From an uncultured Clostridium sp. (GTDB lineage: Bacteria; Bacillota; Clostridia; TANB77; CAG-465), in assembly GCA_964481385.1 (NCBI GenBank), contig CAYZTN010000002.1:1-46582 (forward strand): 46,582 nucleotides of DNA. Reading direction: 5' to 3'. The position numbers and the translations under genes were made by a program. Position 1 is the stretch's first letter. The number at the start of each line of letters is the position of its first letter. The notes under the pieces are model-generated. The model had not been told where the DNA came from. It worked only from the letters and a program-made list of their open reading frames with translations, and did no database searches. This document shows positions 15,427 through 25,081 of the stretch, piece after piece.

Positions 15427-16695
15427 TTACATATATTCGTAAATAGGGCCAATTTCTTTCGAAACAACCTCTTTAGTAATAATACATTTCTTAATATTCT
15501 TATTTGATGGTATTGTATACATAGCATCTAACATTGTATCTTCCATGATAGAACGTAAGCCTCTTGCTCCAGTTTTTCTTTCTATTGCAAGGTCTACAAT
15601 TGCTTCTATTGCATCTTTTCTAAAGTCTATCTCACAATTATCCATTTTAAGTAGCTTTTTATATTGCTTAATTATTGCGTTCTTTGGTTTAGTTAATATA
15701 TCCATTAAAGCCTCTTTATCTAGCTGTCCTAGAGAAGTGATAATAGGTAACCTACCAATTAACTCAGGTATTAAACCAAATCTTATAAGGTCATTTGGTA
15801 GTACATGAGAAAATATAGTAGCATAGTCTATATCTTTTTTATCTTCAATCTTAGCACCAAATCCCATAGACTTTTCGCCAATTCTAGCTTCAATTATCTT
15901 ATCTAAGCCCTCAAATGCACCGCCACATATAAACAAGATATTAGATGTATCTATCTTGATAAACTCTTGTTGAGGATGCTTTCTGCCGCCTTGAGGAGGC
16001 ACGTTTGCTACAGTTCCTTCAATTATCTTAAGAAGTGCTTGTTGAACGCCTTCGCCACTTACATCACGAGTGATAGATGGGTTTTCAGACTTTCTTGTAA
16101 TCTTATCTAACTCGTCAATGTATATGATACCTCTTTCTGCTTTAGATACATCATAATCGGCTGCTTGTATAAGCCTTAGTAATATGTTTTCAACATCTTC
16201 ACCAACATATCCTGCTTCTGTAAGAGTTGTAGCGTCTGCAATGGCAAAAGGAACTCTGAGTATCTTTGCTAATGTTTGAGCAAGCAATGTTTTACCACAA
16301 CCAGTTGGACCTAAAAGTAAAATGTTGCTCTTGTTAATTTCAACGCCATCTATTTTATCTAAGTTTCTTATTCTTTTATAATGGTTATATACTGCAACGG
16401 ATAATACTTTTTTGGCATCGTCTTGACCAATTACATATTCGTCTAAAATCTTTTTGATTTGCTCTGGAGTAGGTAGTTCTGTGTTTTCTATAAGCTCTTT
16501 GTTATTTGCTACTGCACTTTCTTCATCTTCAGTTTCCATTATATCTTCTAATATAATTCTATTACACAAATCTATACAATCGTCACATATGTATATGCCG
16601 TTTGGTCCTGCTATTATTTTGCCAACTTCGTCTTTGTATCTACCACAAAACGAACAAAATATATCTGTGCTTTTACCACTTGTCTTTCTTGGCAT
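15427..16695 (-). CDS. clpX: ATP-dependent Clp protease ATP-binding subunit ClpX
   Basis: N-terminal zinc finger CSFCGR...CDDC, Walker A GPTGCGKT, Walker [10 protein letters not shown], and an IGF-type loop region. Confidence 0.97.
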   Translation of the reverse strand: MPRKTSGKSTDIFCSFCGRYKDEVGKIIAGPNGIYICDDCIDLCNRIILEDIMETEDEESAVANNKELIENTELPTPEQIKKILDEYVIGQDDAKKVLSVAVYNHYKRIRNLDKIDGVEINKSNILLLGPTGCGKTLLAQTLAKILRVPFAIADATTLTEAGYVGEDVENILLRLIQAADYDVSKAERGIIYIDELDKITRKSENPSITRDVSGEGVQQALLKIIEGTVANVPPQGGRKHPQQEFIKIDTSNILFICGGAFEGLDKIIEARIGEKSMGFGAKIEDKKDIDYATIFSHVLPNDLIRFGLIPELIGRLPIITSLGQLDKEALMDILTKPKNAIIKQYKKLLKMDNCEIDFRKDAIEAIVDLAIERKTGARGLRSIMEDTMLDAMYTIPSNKNIKKCIITKEVVSKEIGPIYEYM

Positions 16696-16729
16696 TAGTT
16701 GTTTTCCTCCTTATATATACTTTTTTAAC

Positions 16730-17326
16730 CTACAGTTCATTTATGCTATTCATTACTTCATCAATTAAACCATATTCTTTTGCTTCTTCAGCAGATAAGA
16801 AGTTATCTCTATCTGTATCTTTTTCAACTTGCTCTAATGGTTTTCCTGTATTTTCACTAAGTATTCTATTTAATTTTTCTTTTATTTTTAATAAATATTC
16901 TGTATGTATTTTAATGTCACTAGCTTGACCTTGTACGCCACCTAAAGGTTGGTGTATCATTATTGTACTATTAGGTAAAGCATATCTTTTACCTTTTTTA
17001 CCTGCAGCAAGCAAAAATGCTCCCATGCTAGCTGCCATACCGATACATATTGTACATACATCTGATTTGATGTATTTCATTGTATCATATATTGCCATTC
17101 CTGCAGTTACACTTCCTCCAGGACTATTAATGTATAAATGGATATCCTTACCTGGATCCTCTGCGTCTAAGAATAATAACTGTGCTACTACTAAAGAGGC
17201 ACTAACGTCATTTACTTCTTCAGATAAAAATATAATTCTTTCTTTTAATAATCTTGAATATATATCGTAAGATCTTTCCCCTTTACTTGTTTGTTCTACA
17301 ACTACTGGTACTAAACTATTGTTCAT
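16730..17326 (-). CDS. clpP: ATP-dependent Clp protease proteolytic subunit ClpP
   Basis: [22 protein letters not shown] (Ser), MIHQP (His), DTDRDNF (Asp). It lies 34 bp upstream of clpX. Confidence 0.97.
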   Translation of the reverse strand: MNNSLVPVVVEQTSKGERSYDIYSRLLKERIIFLSEEVNDVSASLVVAQLLFLDAEDPGKDIHLYINSPGGSVTAGMAIYDTMKYIKSDVCTICIGMAASMGAFLLAAGKKGKRYALPNSTIMIHQPLGGVQGQASDIKIHTEYLLKIKEKLNRILSENTGKPLEQVEKDTDRDNFLSAEEAKEYGLIDEVMNSINEL

Positions 17327-17371
17327 AATACTAAAACCTCCTAATAATCTGTATTATATACTAATTTGTAT

Positions 17372-17443
17372 GAAAAATAAAGAGGGAAAATATGAATTTG
17401 TCATAAAAATACTATTTATTACAAATTCATAATTCATCCCCTC
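17372..17443 (-). terminator. long imperfect hairpin plus U-run terminating the SUKH-like gene ahead of clpP
   Basis: GAGGG...ATGAATTTGT / ACAAATTCAT...CCCTC. The minus-strand RNA continues UUUAUUUUU. Confidence 0.5.
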
Positions 17444-17472
17444 GTTCTTGAACACTTTGAGTTTATATCAAT

Positions 17473-17934
17473 TTAGTTAAAATATCTATTTAAAACCATG
17501 TAAGCATAGTCTATTAATGCACTCCAATAAGTAGAAGTTCTTGTTAACTCTTTTTCTATTTCGTCAGTTAACTTTTTACATTCTTCTTTATTTATTAAGT
17601 TTGTTGCCTCTACTTTTTTTAAGAAGCTTATAAATTGTTCGAAGCTCACTGCAATTGTTTCTATTGCTGCCCAATTATCGTTAAACATACAATATATTGG
17701 TATTTCTTCTTCGTCTATTTTCGCTATTATAGGTAAGTCGCCACACGAAACATATCCTATAACAACAAATTCATCGCCAAACCATTCGTATATTGGTTCT
17801 CCTGTTTTCTCGTCATACCTATATCCTGCTTGTGCTTTCTCTATTTCCTCTTTATTATAGATATGAATTGTACCTAGACCTATCCTTACGTCATTTATAC
17901 CACTATTAAATATTTTCTCGGGTATTTTTAACAT
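17473..17934 (-). CDS. hypothetical protein, SMI1/KNR4 (SUKH)-like
   Basis: About 150 aa with the pattern FVVIGYVSCGDLPIIAKIDEEEIPIYCMF...IAVSFEQFISFLKKV, reminiscent of SUKH immunity-type domains. This rests on motif-level recognition only. Confidence 0.4.
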   Translation of the reverse strand: MLKIPEKIFNSGINDVRIGLGTIHIYNKEEIEKAQAGYRYDEKTGEPIYEWFGDEFVVIGYVSCGDLPIIAKIDEEEIPIYCMFNDNWAAIETIAVSFEQFISFLKKVEATNLINKEECKKLTDEIEKELTRTSTYWSALIDYAYMVLNRYFN

Positions 17935-17949
17935 ATATTGATTTCTCCT

Positions 17950-19227
17950 CTATTTTTCTACTGCGCTATCTACTAGCACTTTGATAGCTTTTTCTTGTTT
18001 TAGTTGAGCTGTTAAATAATTTGCAACATTTGGATTGTTTTTGAAGTTATCTGCTTCCCTGCCGTATACGCTTGCTAATTCTTCAATTTTAGCATTTACG
18101 TCTTCATCTGTTACTTCAATATTTTCAGCCTTTATAACATATTCCATAGCTAAATTCATTTTTATGCTCTTTACAGCATTATCTCTAAATTGGTTCTTTA
18201 AATCATCCATAGACATATTTAGTATCTCTAAATATTTATCTAATGTTAAACCTTGGTATGCAAGATTTTGTTCAAAATCTCTTACCATATGTTCTATTTC
18301 GTGGTCAACCATTGGCTCAGGAAGTGTTACTTCAACTTGTTCAACTAGTTTATCCATTGTTCTAGTTTCTTTTTCAGCTTTAGCTTGAGCCTCTTTAGAA
18401 GTCTTTAATTTTTCTTTTATATCTGCTTTGTACTCTTCTAATGTATTAAACTCAGAAACGTCTTTTGCAAATTCGTCATCTATAGCAGGTAATTCTTTTT
18501 TCTTTACTTCGTGTAATTTAATTTTGAAAACAACTTCTTTTCCAGCTAAATCTGTATTTCCATAGTCTTCTGGGAAAGTAACGTTAATATCTTTTTCTTC
18601 TTCAGCATTCATTCCAACGATTTGTTCTTCAAAACCAGGAATAAATGAATGGCTTCCAATTCCTAATTCATATTTTTCTGCTTTTCCGCCTTCAAATGCA
18701 ACTTCGTCCAAGAATCCTTCAAAATCTATTACTGCGATATCTCCATCTTCTACAGCACCTTCTTTTGTAACAATTCTTGCGTTTTTATCTTGTACATGTC
18801 CTAGTTCGTGTTCTACATCTGCATCAGTTACTTCTGTTTCAACTTTTTCTATTTCTAGCCCTTTATATTGTTTTAATTCAATTTCAGGTTTTACATATAC
18901 AACTACAGTAAACTCAAGGTCTTTATCTTTACCAATAGCTTTAATTTCTACTTCTGGGTGAGATACAACTTCAAGGTTATTTTCTGTAACAGCTTTAACA
19001 TATTCTTCGTCAGCCACTATGTTAAAAGCTTCGTCATACATAACGCCTTCTCCATACATTTTTTCTACAACATTTCTAGGTACTTTACCATTTCTAAATC
19101 CAGCTATTTTAAATTTGCCAGAATTCTTTTTAAATGCTTCGTCTAAAGCTTCATTAAATCTTTCTTTAGATACTACAAATTCTAATTCTACTTTTGAATT
19201 TTCTTTTTTTGTTACTTTTACGCTCAT
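17950..19227 (-). CDS. tig: trigger factor
   Basis: 425 aa with N-terminal ribosome-binding GFRNGKVPRNVVEK, a central FKBP-type PPIase segment (FEGF...GFEEQIVGM) and a C-terminal arm domain. Confidence 0.95.
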   Translation of the reverse strand: MSVKVTKKENSKVELEFVVSKERFNEALDEAFKKNSGKFKIAGFRNGKVPRNVVEKMYGEGVMYDEAFNIVADEEYVKAVTENNLEVVSHPEVEIKAIGKDKDLEFTVVVYVKPEIELKQYKGLEIEKVETEVTDADVEHELGHVQDKNARIVTKEGAVEDGDIAVIDFEGFLDEVAFEGGKAEKYELGIGSHSFIPGFEEQIVGMNAEEEKDINVTFPEDYGNTDLAGKEVVFKIKLHEVKKKELPAIDDEFAKDVSEFNTLEEYKADIKEKLKTSKEAQAKAEKETRTMDKLVEQVEVTLPEPMVDHEIEHMVRDFEQNLAYQGLTLDKYLEILNMSMDDLKNQFRDNAVKSIKMNLAMEYVIKAENIEVTDEDVNAKIEELASVYGREADNFKNNPNVANYLTAQLKQEKAIKVLVDSAVEK

Positions 19228-19515
19228 ATTAAAATCTCCTTTTCTACATAAGTACTAGATAATTATACCACAAATTTTGCAATTTACAAGGGGCGTAAAT
19301 GTGTATTTTTGCTATATTGGGCACAAAATGATTGGCATCAAAGTATTAATCTAGATTACTCTTCATTGTAGACAAAAGGCCTATGGAGTCAAATCAATTG
19401 AAATAATATCTTATATTCGAAATTAACTACTAATTCAAATGATAATGTTACAGATTATCTTTGCAAGAATAATTGTACGTTTTCAGAAACTGCTGAAAAT
19501 ATTGCAAAAATTTGT

Positions 19516-20421
19516 TTGGATAATAATTCTGTTATATTTGAGTTATGTAGTGATAATGAAGAAACTCAAAAATTTCATGCTTTTTGTAAACAAACTAACA
19601 TTACGCACATGTTAGTTATGTCACTAACTTCAAAAGATATACATAAGCTTATAATTAGCAAGCCACACTTTAATATATTTCTTAACATAGATATTAGTTT
19701 ATTTGCACCTTGGTATAATTGGGACTGTGAATTAGAGAATACTTTTAACAATATGTTAAACAGACTAAATAAATTACCTTTTAACGAACTTAAGAAAAAC
19801 ACAGAAGAAAAAGTAAGGTCAATTGTAACAAGTAAATATATTTCAAACACAAAATCAGAAGGCATAAAAATAACTTCGTTTATTAAAAAACTAAATTTGC
19901 TATTAAAAGCAACTAATTTTAATAATAGCGTATTTACAAATATTTATGATAGTAAAGGTTCTACAAATATATATCGCATATTAGAATTAAGTGAGCTAAT
20001 TCGTTGCGTGACAATTAAATCTAATACATTAAGGCACGAATATATTTATGATACTTTATGTCATAAACTTGAAAAGGATATTGAGAAATATAACTACTGC
20101 TTATTCGAAGAAAACATGTGCATTGCTCAACGTGCAAAATGCGAATGGCCAAAGGTTGCTACTAATGGTTGTTGCTTTGATATAACTAAAAATGCCGAAT
20201 GTACTCATTTAAATTGTAAATCTTGTAATATTACTTGTATATCTTGTAGGCTTTTTACATGTAAGTATTTAAAAGATAGAGGAATAGATTTCGATATTAG
20301 AAAAAACATATTAACTAAAACTTATTTTAACCTATTGCAAAAGCCAGAACTTATATGGAATTTTTTTACCGAAAAAGAAAACATTTTGAAAAAAGTAGAA
20401 AAATATACATTAAAAAAATAA
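19516..20421 (+). CDS. hypothetical Cys-rich protein (start uncertain)
   Basis: The only in-frame start is TTG 19516, with no SD, and the frame is open back to 19402. The C-terminal third carries about 14 Cys (CIAQRAKCEWP..NGCCFDITKNAECTHLNCKSCNITCISCRLFTC). Confidence 0.45.
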   Translation: MDNNSVIFELCSDNEETQKFHAFCKQTNITHMLVMSLTSKDIHKLIISKPHFNIFLNIDISLFAPWYNWDCELENTFNNMLNRLNKLPFNELKKNTEEKVRSIVTSKYISNTKSEGIKITSFIKKLNLLLKATNFNNSVFTNIYDSKGSTNIYRILELSELIRCVTIKSNTLRHEYIYDTLCHKLEKDIEKYNYCLFEENMCIAQRAKCEWPKVATNGCCFDITKNAECTHLNCKSCNITCISCRLFTCKYLKDRGIDFDIRKNILTKTYFNLLQKPELIWNFFTEKENILKKVEKYTLKK

Positions 20422-20437
20422 CTTTAAACATTAGCCA

Positions 20438-20470
20438 AAGACACGCAGTATTATTTTTACTGCGTGTCTT
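20438..20470. terminator. bidirectional terminator between convergent genes
   Basis: A 13-bp stem AAGACACGCAGTA / TACTGCGTGTCTT with loop TTATTTT. Confidence 0.7.
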
Positions 20471-20494
20471 CTAATTGTTATACAGTTTTACCAA

Positions 20495-21529
20495 TTACAC
20501 CTCAATATATTCATGAGAACACGCTCTAATAAGTCTATTCATAATAGCAACGCCTATTCCTTCCTTTTTAATTCCCTCAATAAATACTATATCTGAATTT
20601 AGCTTATCTACTTGTCTTAATAACGTAAATATGTTACTAGCTATCTCGTCCAAGTTATCTTTTGAACCATAAGTTAAAACGTGTTTATCCGCATATCTTT
20701 CTTTATTCTCAGTTGCACACATAACTGATACGTTTGAGAAACTACTACTTAATTCATTTATTTTATTTATCATTTTATCTGAATTTTCGCTATATACTAA
20801 TACACATCTAGTTTCAGGTGCATAATGTCTATACTTCATACCAGGTGACAACACAACTTCATTTGGTTTTAAATCTTCGAATATATGTTTGTCATATTCA
20901 ACATTGTTTATTACTTCTTCTATTTTTTCTTTGCTTATTTTCCCAGGCCTTAATATTTTAACTTCTCCATTTTCAACTTTAACAACAGTAGATTCAAGGC
21001 CTACTTCGCATTTTCCTCCGTCTATTATGTAGTCCATTTTGCTGGCTAGTTCCGCATATACATCTTCTATACATGTACCACTAGGCTTACCAGATATGTT
21101 CGCACTTGGTGCTGCAATAGGTACTCCAGCGAATTCTATAAGCTTATTTGCAATTATATTAGAAGGCATTCTTATAGCGACTGTGTTTAGTCCTCCTGTT
21201 ACCACACTAGGCACAATATCTTTTTTGTTTAAAATAATGGTAAAAGGTCCTGGCCAAAATGCATCGATAAGTTTATATTCCAATTCACTAATATTAGTTG
21301 CAATTTTGTCTAACATGTTAATATTTGCAATATGCAGAATTAAAGGGTTGTCACTTGCTCTACCTTTAGCTTCAAATATTTTTTTCACAGCCTTTTCGTC
21401 TAAACCATTTGCTCCTATTCCATATACTGTTTCGGTAGGAAACAGTACCAAGCCACCTTCTTTTATAACTGTTGCGGCTTCTGCTATTTTATTATAATCT
21501 TTACTGTTTTTTAAGTCTAACTTTTTCAT
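20495..21529 (-). CDS. tsaC: L-threonylcarbamoyladenylate synthase (Sua5/YwlC type, with C-terminal Sua5 domain)
   Basis: YrdC-domain motifs GGLVLFPTETVYGIGAN and KGRASDNPLILHI, plus a ~130-aa C-terminal domain. ATG 21529 follows AAAGGAG. Confidence 0.9.
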   Translation of the reverse strand: MKKLDLKNSKDYNKIAEAATVIKEGGLVLFPTETVYGIGANGLDEKAVKKIFEAKGRASDNPLILHIANINMLDKIATNISELEYKLIDAFWPGPFTIILNKKDIVPSVVTGGLNTVAIRMPSNIIANKLIEFAGVPIAAPSANISGKPSGTCIEDVYAELASKMDYIIDGGKCEVGLESTVVKVENGEVKILRPGKISKEKIEEVINNVEYDKHIFEDLKPNEVVLSPGMKYRHYAPETRCVLVYSENSDKMINKINELSSSFSNVSVMCATENKERYADKHVLTYGSKDNLDEIASNIFTLLRQVDKLNSDIVFIEGIKKEGIGVAIMNRLIRACSHEYIEV

Positions 21530-21563
21530 ATTGCTCCTTTTGTTCCTTTCTCTTTGCATTTAC

Positions 21564-22073
21564 CTAATTATTATTCATATATAACTTACAATAATTCTTC
21601 ATTAAATCATATGACGGATTTATTGAAGGTACAACTTGTTTTTCTTCTATCATTTTATCAAACTCTTCAAATGTAACTAATTTAACTTCAGCTACTTCAG
21701 CTTCTTGTAACTTCAAATCGTGTATATTTACATCTTGATTTACTAACCATACATCTACAATATCTCTAGTTCTAGTATATGAACCTATATAAAACAAGCG
21801 TTCCTCTTTAACCGTTAAGCTTAACTCTTCCATACATTCATTAAATACGGTATCTTTGCTTGTATCGCCAGTTTTAACACCGCCTCCTATTTGTGCCCAC
21901 ATTCCAGGAAACATGTCTTCTTTTTCTGACCTTTTCTCAATAAGTATTTGCTTTTTACTATTTACTATCCATATATGAGTAGAAATTCTATACTCTCCGC
22001 TTTTTAATTCTTTTCTTCTTCTTACAACACCCGTATTTTCTCTAAATCTGTTGTACACATCTACTAGTTCCAT
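21564..22073 (-). CDS. NUDIX hydrolase
   Basis: The segment GGGVKTGDTSKDTVFNECMEELSL approximates the Nudix box in a 169-aa protein. Confidence 0.65.
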   Translation of the reverse strand: MELVDVYNRFRENTGVVRRRKELKSGEYRISTHIWIVNSKKQILIEKRSEKEDMFPGMWAQIGGGVKTGDTSKDTVFNECMEELSLTVKEERLFYIGSYTRTRDIVDVWLVNQDVNIHDLKLQEAEVAEVKLVTFEEFDKMIEEKQVVPSINPSYDLMKNYCKLYMNNN

Positions 22074-22093
22074 AACAAAATCTCCTCTTTATA

Positions 22094-22498
22094 CTAATCT
22101 TTTTTATTTTCGTAATTCCAAATACTCAAATGCCCTTTAGTAGGAATGGGAGTAGCAAGTGGCTCTACATCTTCTAGAACCCAAGCATATCTTCCAATGC
22201 TATATTCACCACACAAGTACTCCTGTTTATCTTTTTTAATTTTAGATAAAAAGTCTTCGTCCATATATACACAGTCTACCAATTTACATTTGCATATAAT
22301 ATTACCATAACCCATATCTACATTTGGAATTAATTCTAATAGCTCAGCTATGTGTTCATCATTCTTTTTAATTTTCTTCATACTTGCATGAATATATAAC
22401 TCACCTCTATATGTAGTATTCCAGCTCCTGGTTTCAATTACCTTTTTTCCTTCTTTTATAAGGGAAGCCCACGGCTCAATTAAACTTAATACTTTCAT
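22094..22498 (-). CDS. ASCH (PUA-like) domain protein
   Basis: SLIEPWASLIKEGKKVIETRSW...GELYIHAS matches the ASCH N-terminal pattern. Confidence 0.55.
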   Translation of the reverse strand: MKVLSLIEPWASLIKEGKKVIETRSWNTTYRGELYIHASMKKIKKNDEHIAELLELIPNVDMGYGNIICKCKLVDCVYMDEDFLSKIKKDKQEYLCGEYSIGRYAWVLEDVEPLATPIPTKGHLSIWNYENKKD

Positions 22499-22590
22499 AA
22501 ACTTAACACTCCTTTGTTGTAAGTTATAGGTTAAAGAGGAACTACGTATTACGCTTTTCCTCTTTAATATTTGTTTTTTAATTTCTCAAT

Positions 22591-23472
22591 TTAATCAATA
22601 TCTATAAGCTCATAGTTTGTTGTTCCGATTCCAAGTTCTTCTGCGTGTTCTACAGTTCTAATTCCATGTCTCTCTTCAATTCTTGCTATTAATCTTTCTT
22701 TTCCTTTATCTTCTGAATTATACACTAAATCTAAACTAGCTTTATCTACAGCTACTGGATCAACAGAAGCTGTAATTCCTATATCTGCCATACAAGGTGC
22801 TTCTGGATTTTTACTGCAATCGCAGTCAATGGAAATATTATTTATAACATTAATATACACAATATTTCCATTCATATAGTTAACTACTGACTCGTCAGCT
22901 TCTGCCATCGACTCTAAAAAGTGATCTTGCTTTGGTAAATTGTTCCACAATTCAGCAGGAATTCTAGTTGCTCCTGCAGTGTGAATCCATGCTTTACCTC
23001 CAGAAGAAGCAACTCCTATTGACATGTTTTTTAAAGCTCCTCCATAGCCACCCATTTGATGTCCTTTAAAATGTGATAACATAAGCATAGAATCATATTT
23101 TTCTAAATTTTTTCCTACATAATTTTCTTTTAAATGAATTCCGTTTTTCACAGGTATAGCCATATCTCCTTCTTCGTCCATTATATCTACTGGAGCTATA
23201 TCCATAAAACCATGTTCTTTTATTGCTTTCCAATGTTCTTCTGTTGTATTTCTTCTTCCTGCATAAGCGGTATTACATTCTACTATTGTTCCATTTAGTT
23301 TATTTACCAAGTCTTTAATTAAATTAGGATTTAGGAAGTTTTTACCACCTGGTTCTCCTGTTGATATTTTTATTGCTACATTTCCTTTTAATTCTTTTCC
23401 AACTTGTTCATAAATTTTAATTAAACTTTCAGGACTAATATCCTTTGTAAAGTATACTTTTGACCTTTTCAT
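22591..23472 (-). CDS. DUF362 / COG2768-type uncharacterised Fe-S-centre protein
   Basis: The size and the N-terminal VYFTKDISPESL...KISTGEPGG pattern are typical of DUF362. ATG 23472 lies 8 nt after AGGAGG. Confidence 0.55.
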   Translation of the reverse strand: MKRSKVYFTKDISPESLIKIYEQVGKELKGNVAIKISTGEPGGKNFLNPNLIKDLVNKLNGTIVECNTAYAGRRNTTEEHWKAIKEHGFMDIAPVDIMDEEGDMAIPVKNGIHLKENYVGKNLEKYDSMLMLSHFKGHQMGGYGGALKNMSIGVASSGGKAWIHTAGATRIPAELWNNLPKQDHFLESMAEADESVVNYMNGNIVYINVINNISIDCDCSKNPEAPCMADIGITASVDPVAVDKASLDLVYNSEDKGKERLIARIEERHGIRTVEHAEELGIGTTNYELIDID

Positions 23473-23496
23473 ATTCAATTCCTCCTAACAGACAAA

Positions 23497-24066
23497 TTAC
23501 TTTTTATTTACTAATTTTTTAATTCCCATAAAAATTGATGTTGATACAATAATACCTACTGAATTTAATATAATATCATTAATATCAAACGCTCTACCGA
23601 AAATAGGTTGTAACACTTCTATTATTGCAACTAATATAATTCCAGCAATAATTGTTCCTTTAAAAGTTACATTCTCTTTTGATAACGGATAAAGAATACC
23701 AAACGGTAAAAACATTAAAAAATTACCTATTGTTTCACTGTTTATGTTGCTTAAAAAGTCAGGTATTAAATCTATCACCCCACCAAACCAATTAACAGTT
23801 GTGTCTGATCCCCATGGATAAAACAAGTTATACCAAAACACTTGCATTAAATCAAAACCTATAACTAAACATATTAAGCCTGTTATATAACAAACAAGCA
23901 CACAAGAAAATATCTTTTTGCTTATAGGTGTTTTATTATCTTTTCTAAATTTAATAAAGCCATATATAGCACTAACTATTAAAGCAATTGGAAGTGCTTG
24001 CAGGAAATATCCTATATATGTAGAAAAAAAGAAATATTGAAAATTCATGTCATCTGGAAAATACAT
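23497..24066 (-). CDS. VanZ-family membrane protein
   Basis: Four or five TM helices and the C-terminal motif GRAFDINDIILNSVG. Confidence 0.7.
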   Translation of the reverse strand: MYFPDDMNFQYFFFSTYIGYFLQALPIALIVSAIYGFIKFRKDNKTPISKKIFSCVLVCYITGLICLVIGFDLMQVFWYNLFYPWGSDTTVNWFGGVIDLIPDFLSNINSETIGNFLMFLPFGILYPLSKENVTFKGTIIAGIILVAIIEVLQPIFGRAFDINDIILNSVGIIVSTSIFMGIKKLVNKK

Positions 24067-24195
24067 TTTACCATTCCTCTCATACGAATTACTAACTGAT
24101 ATTATAATATCACAAAAAGAAAAATTACTCTATACTTTCGTATAAAGTAATTTAAAAATTGTAAGTTCTTTTAAATTATACATTGTAGCTATTGT

Positions 24196-25065
24196 TTATA
24201 TAGCATTTAAAGTTTCCATTATTCCTTTTACAATCTTTCTTGCTTCAATTACATCTAATCTATCTAGTTCATGTGAATTTATCATTTTACCTTGTTCCAA
24301 TGTATATGCTTTTGCTCCATTTTCAAGCTCGCTCAAAACATATATATTATTTTTTATATTAAGAAATGCTGCTAATTCTTCTTTTGGTATCCATTTCACA
24401 ATATGCTTGGCACTTTCTTCTTCACAAAGTGCTTCGCAATGTTCGTTTGTAATTTTACCAAATAATATATCTAACACTGCGTATCTATTTACACCTTTAT
24501 ATCCTGCATAAAAATGGTTGTATATACTTATATCACTTTTCTTTTCTATAACTACATCTGTATAACCTGTTTCTTCTCTTACTTCACGCACAGCTGCTGC
24601 TTCAGAAGATTCACCATCTTCCACTCCACCTAACACAAAAGACTTGCACTCTCTGTTCTTGCAATCCACACACAAATACTTATCTTCGGTATTGTGCTTT
24701 ATAACAGCTATAACACTATGTCTAAATTGTGTTTCAACATCTTCTTTTACTCTTTCTTCTCCTTCGCCTTTAAAATACGGAGCTACTACTTGTTTTATTT
24801 CAAGTACATTTTCCTTAGCATATATATAATCTTCTTCAATATGCGCTGGTATAAAGAATCTATTTTTATCTGAATATATCACTGGCAATTTTTCATTTGT
24901 TAACGGATGTATTATGTATTTATCCTCCGTTTGATTTGTAAGAGCTGCTGTTGCTCCATAAATTAGTTCTTCGCGTTCCAAATTCAGTCTAATAACATTA
25001 CCTTTTAAATCTTTTACTAATACTTTCATATTTTCCCACTTAAAATGTTTCGTTATATAACTCAT
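24196..25065 (-). CDS. NUDIX hydrolase with an N-terminal LeuRS-fragment-like domain
   Basis: Nudix box GGVEDGESSEAAAVREVREETGY. The N-terminal HPLTNEKLPV...IPAHIEEDYIYAKENVLEIKQVV resembles the LeuRS segment HPLTGEKxPxW...VPxHDxRDxEFAxKxxLPIKxVx. Confidence 0.7.
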   Translation of the reverse strand: MSYITKHFKWENMKVLVKDLKGNVIRLNLEREELIYGATAALTNQTEDKYIIHPLTNEKLPVIYSDKNRFFIPAHIEEDYIYAKENVLEIKQVVAPYFKGEGEERVKEDVETQFRHSVIAVIKHNTEDKYLCVDCKNRECKSFVLGGVEDGESSEAAAVREVREETGYTDVVIEKKSDISIYNHFYAGYKGVNRYAVLDILFGKITNEHCEALCEEESAKHIVKWIPKEELAAFLNIKNNIYVLSELENGAKAYTLEQGKMINSHELDRLDVIEARKIVKGIMETLNAI

Positions 25066-25081
25066 TCGCTATGCTCTTTAC

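Noticed and set aside
17327-17400. CtsR operator (tandem GGTCAAA heptads) upstream of clpP.
   Set aside because: No GGTCAAA or TTTGACC repeat is present in the clpP upstream region.
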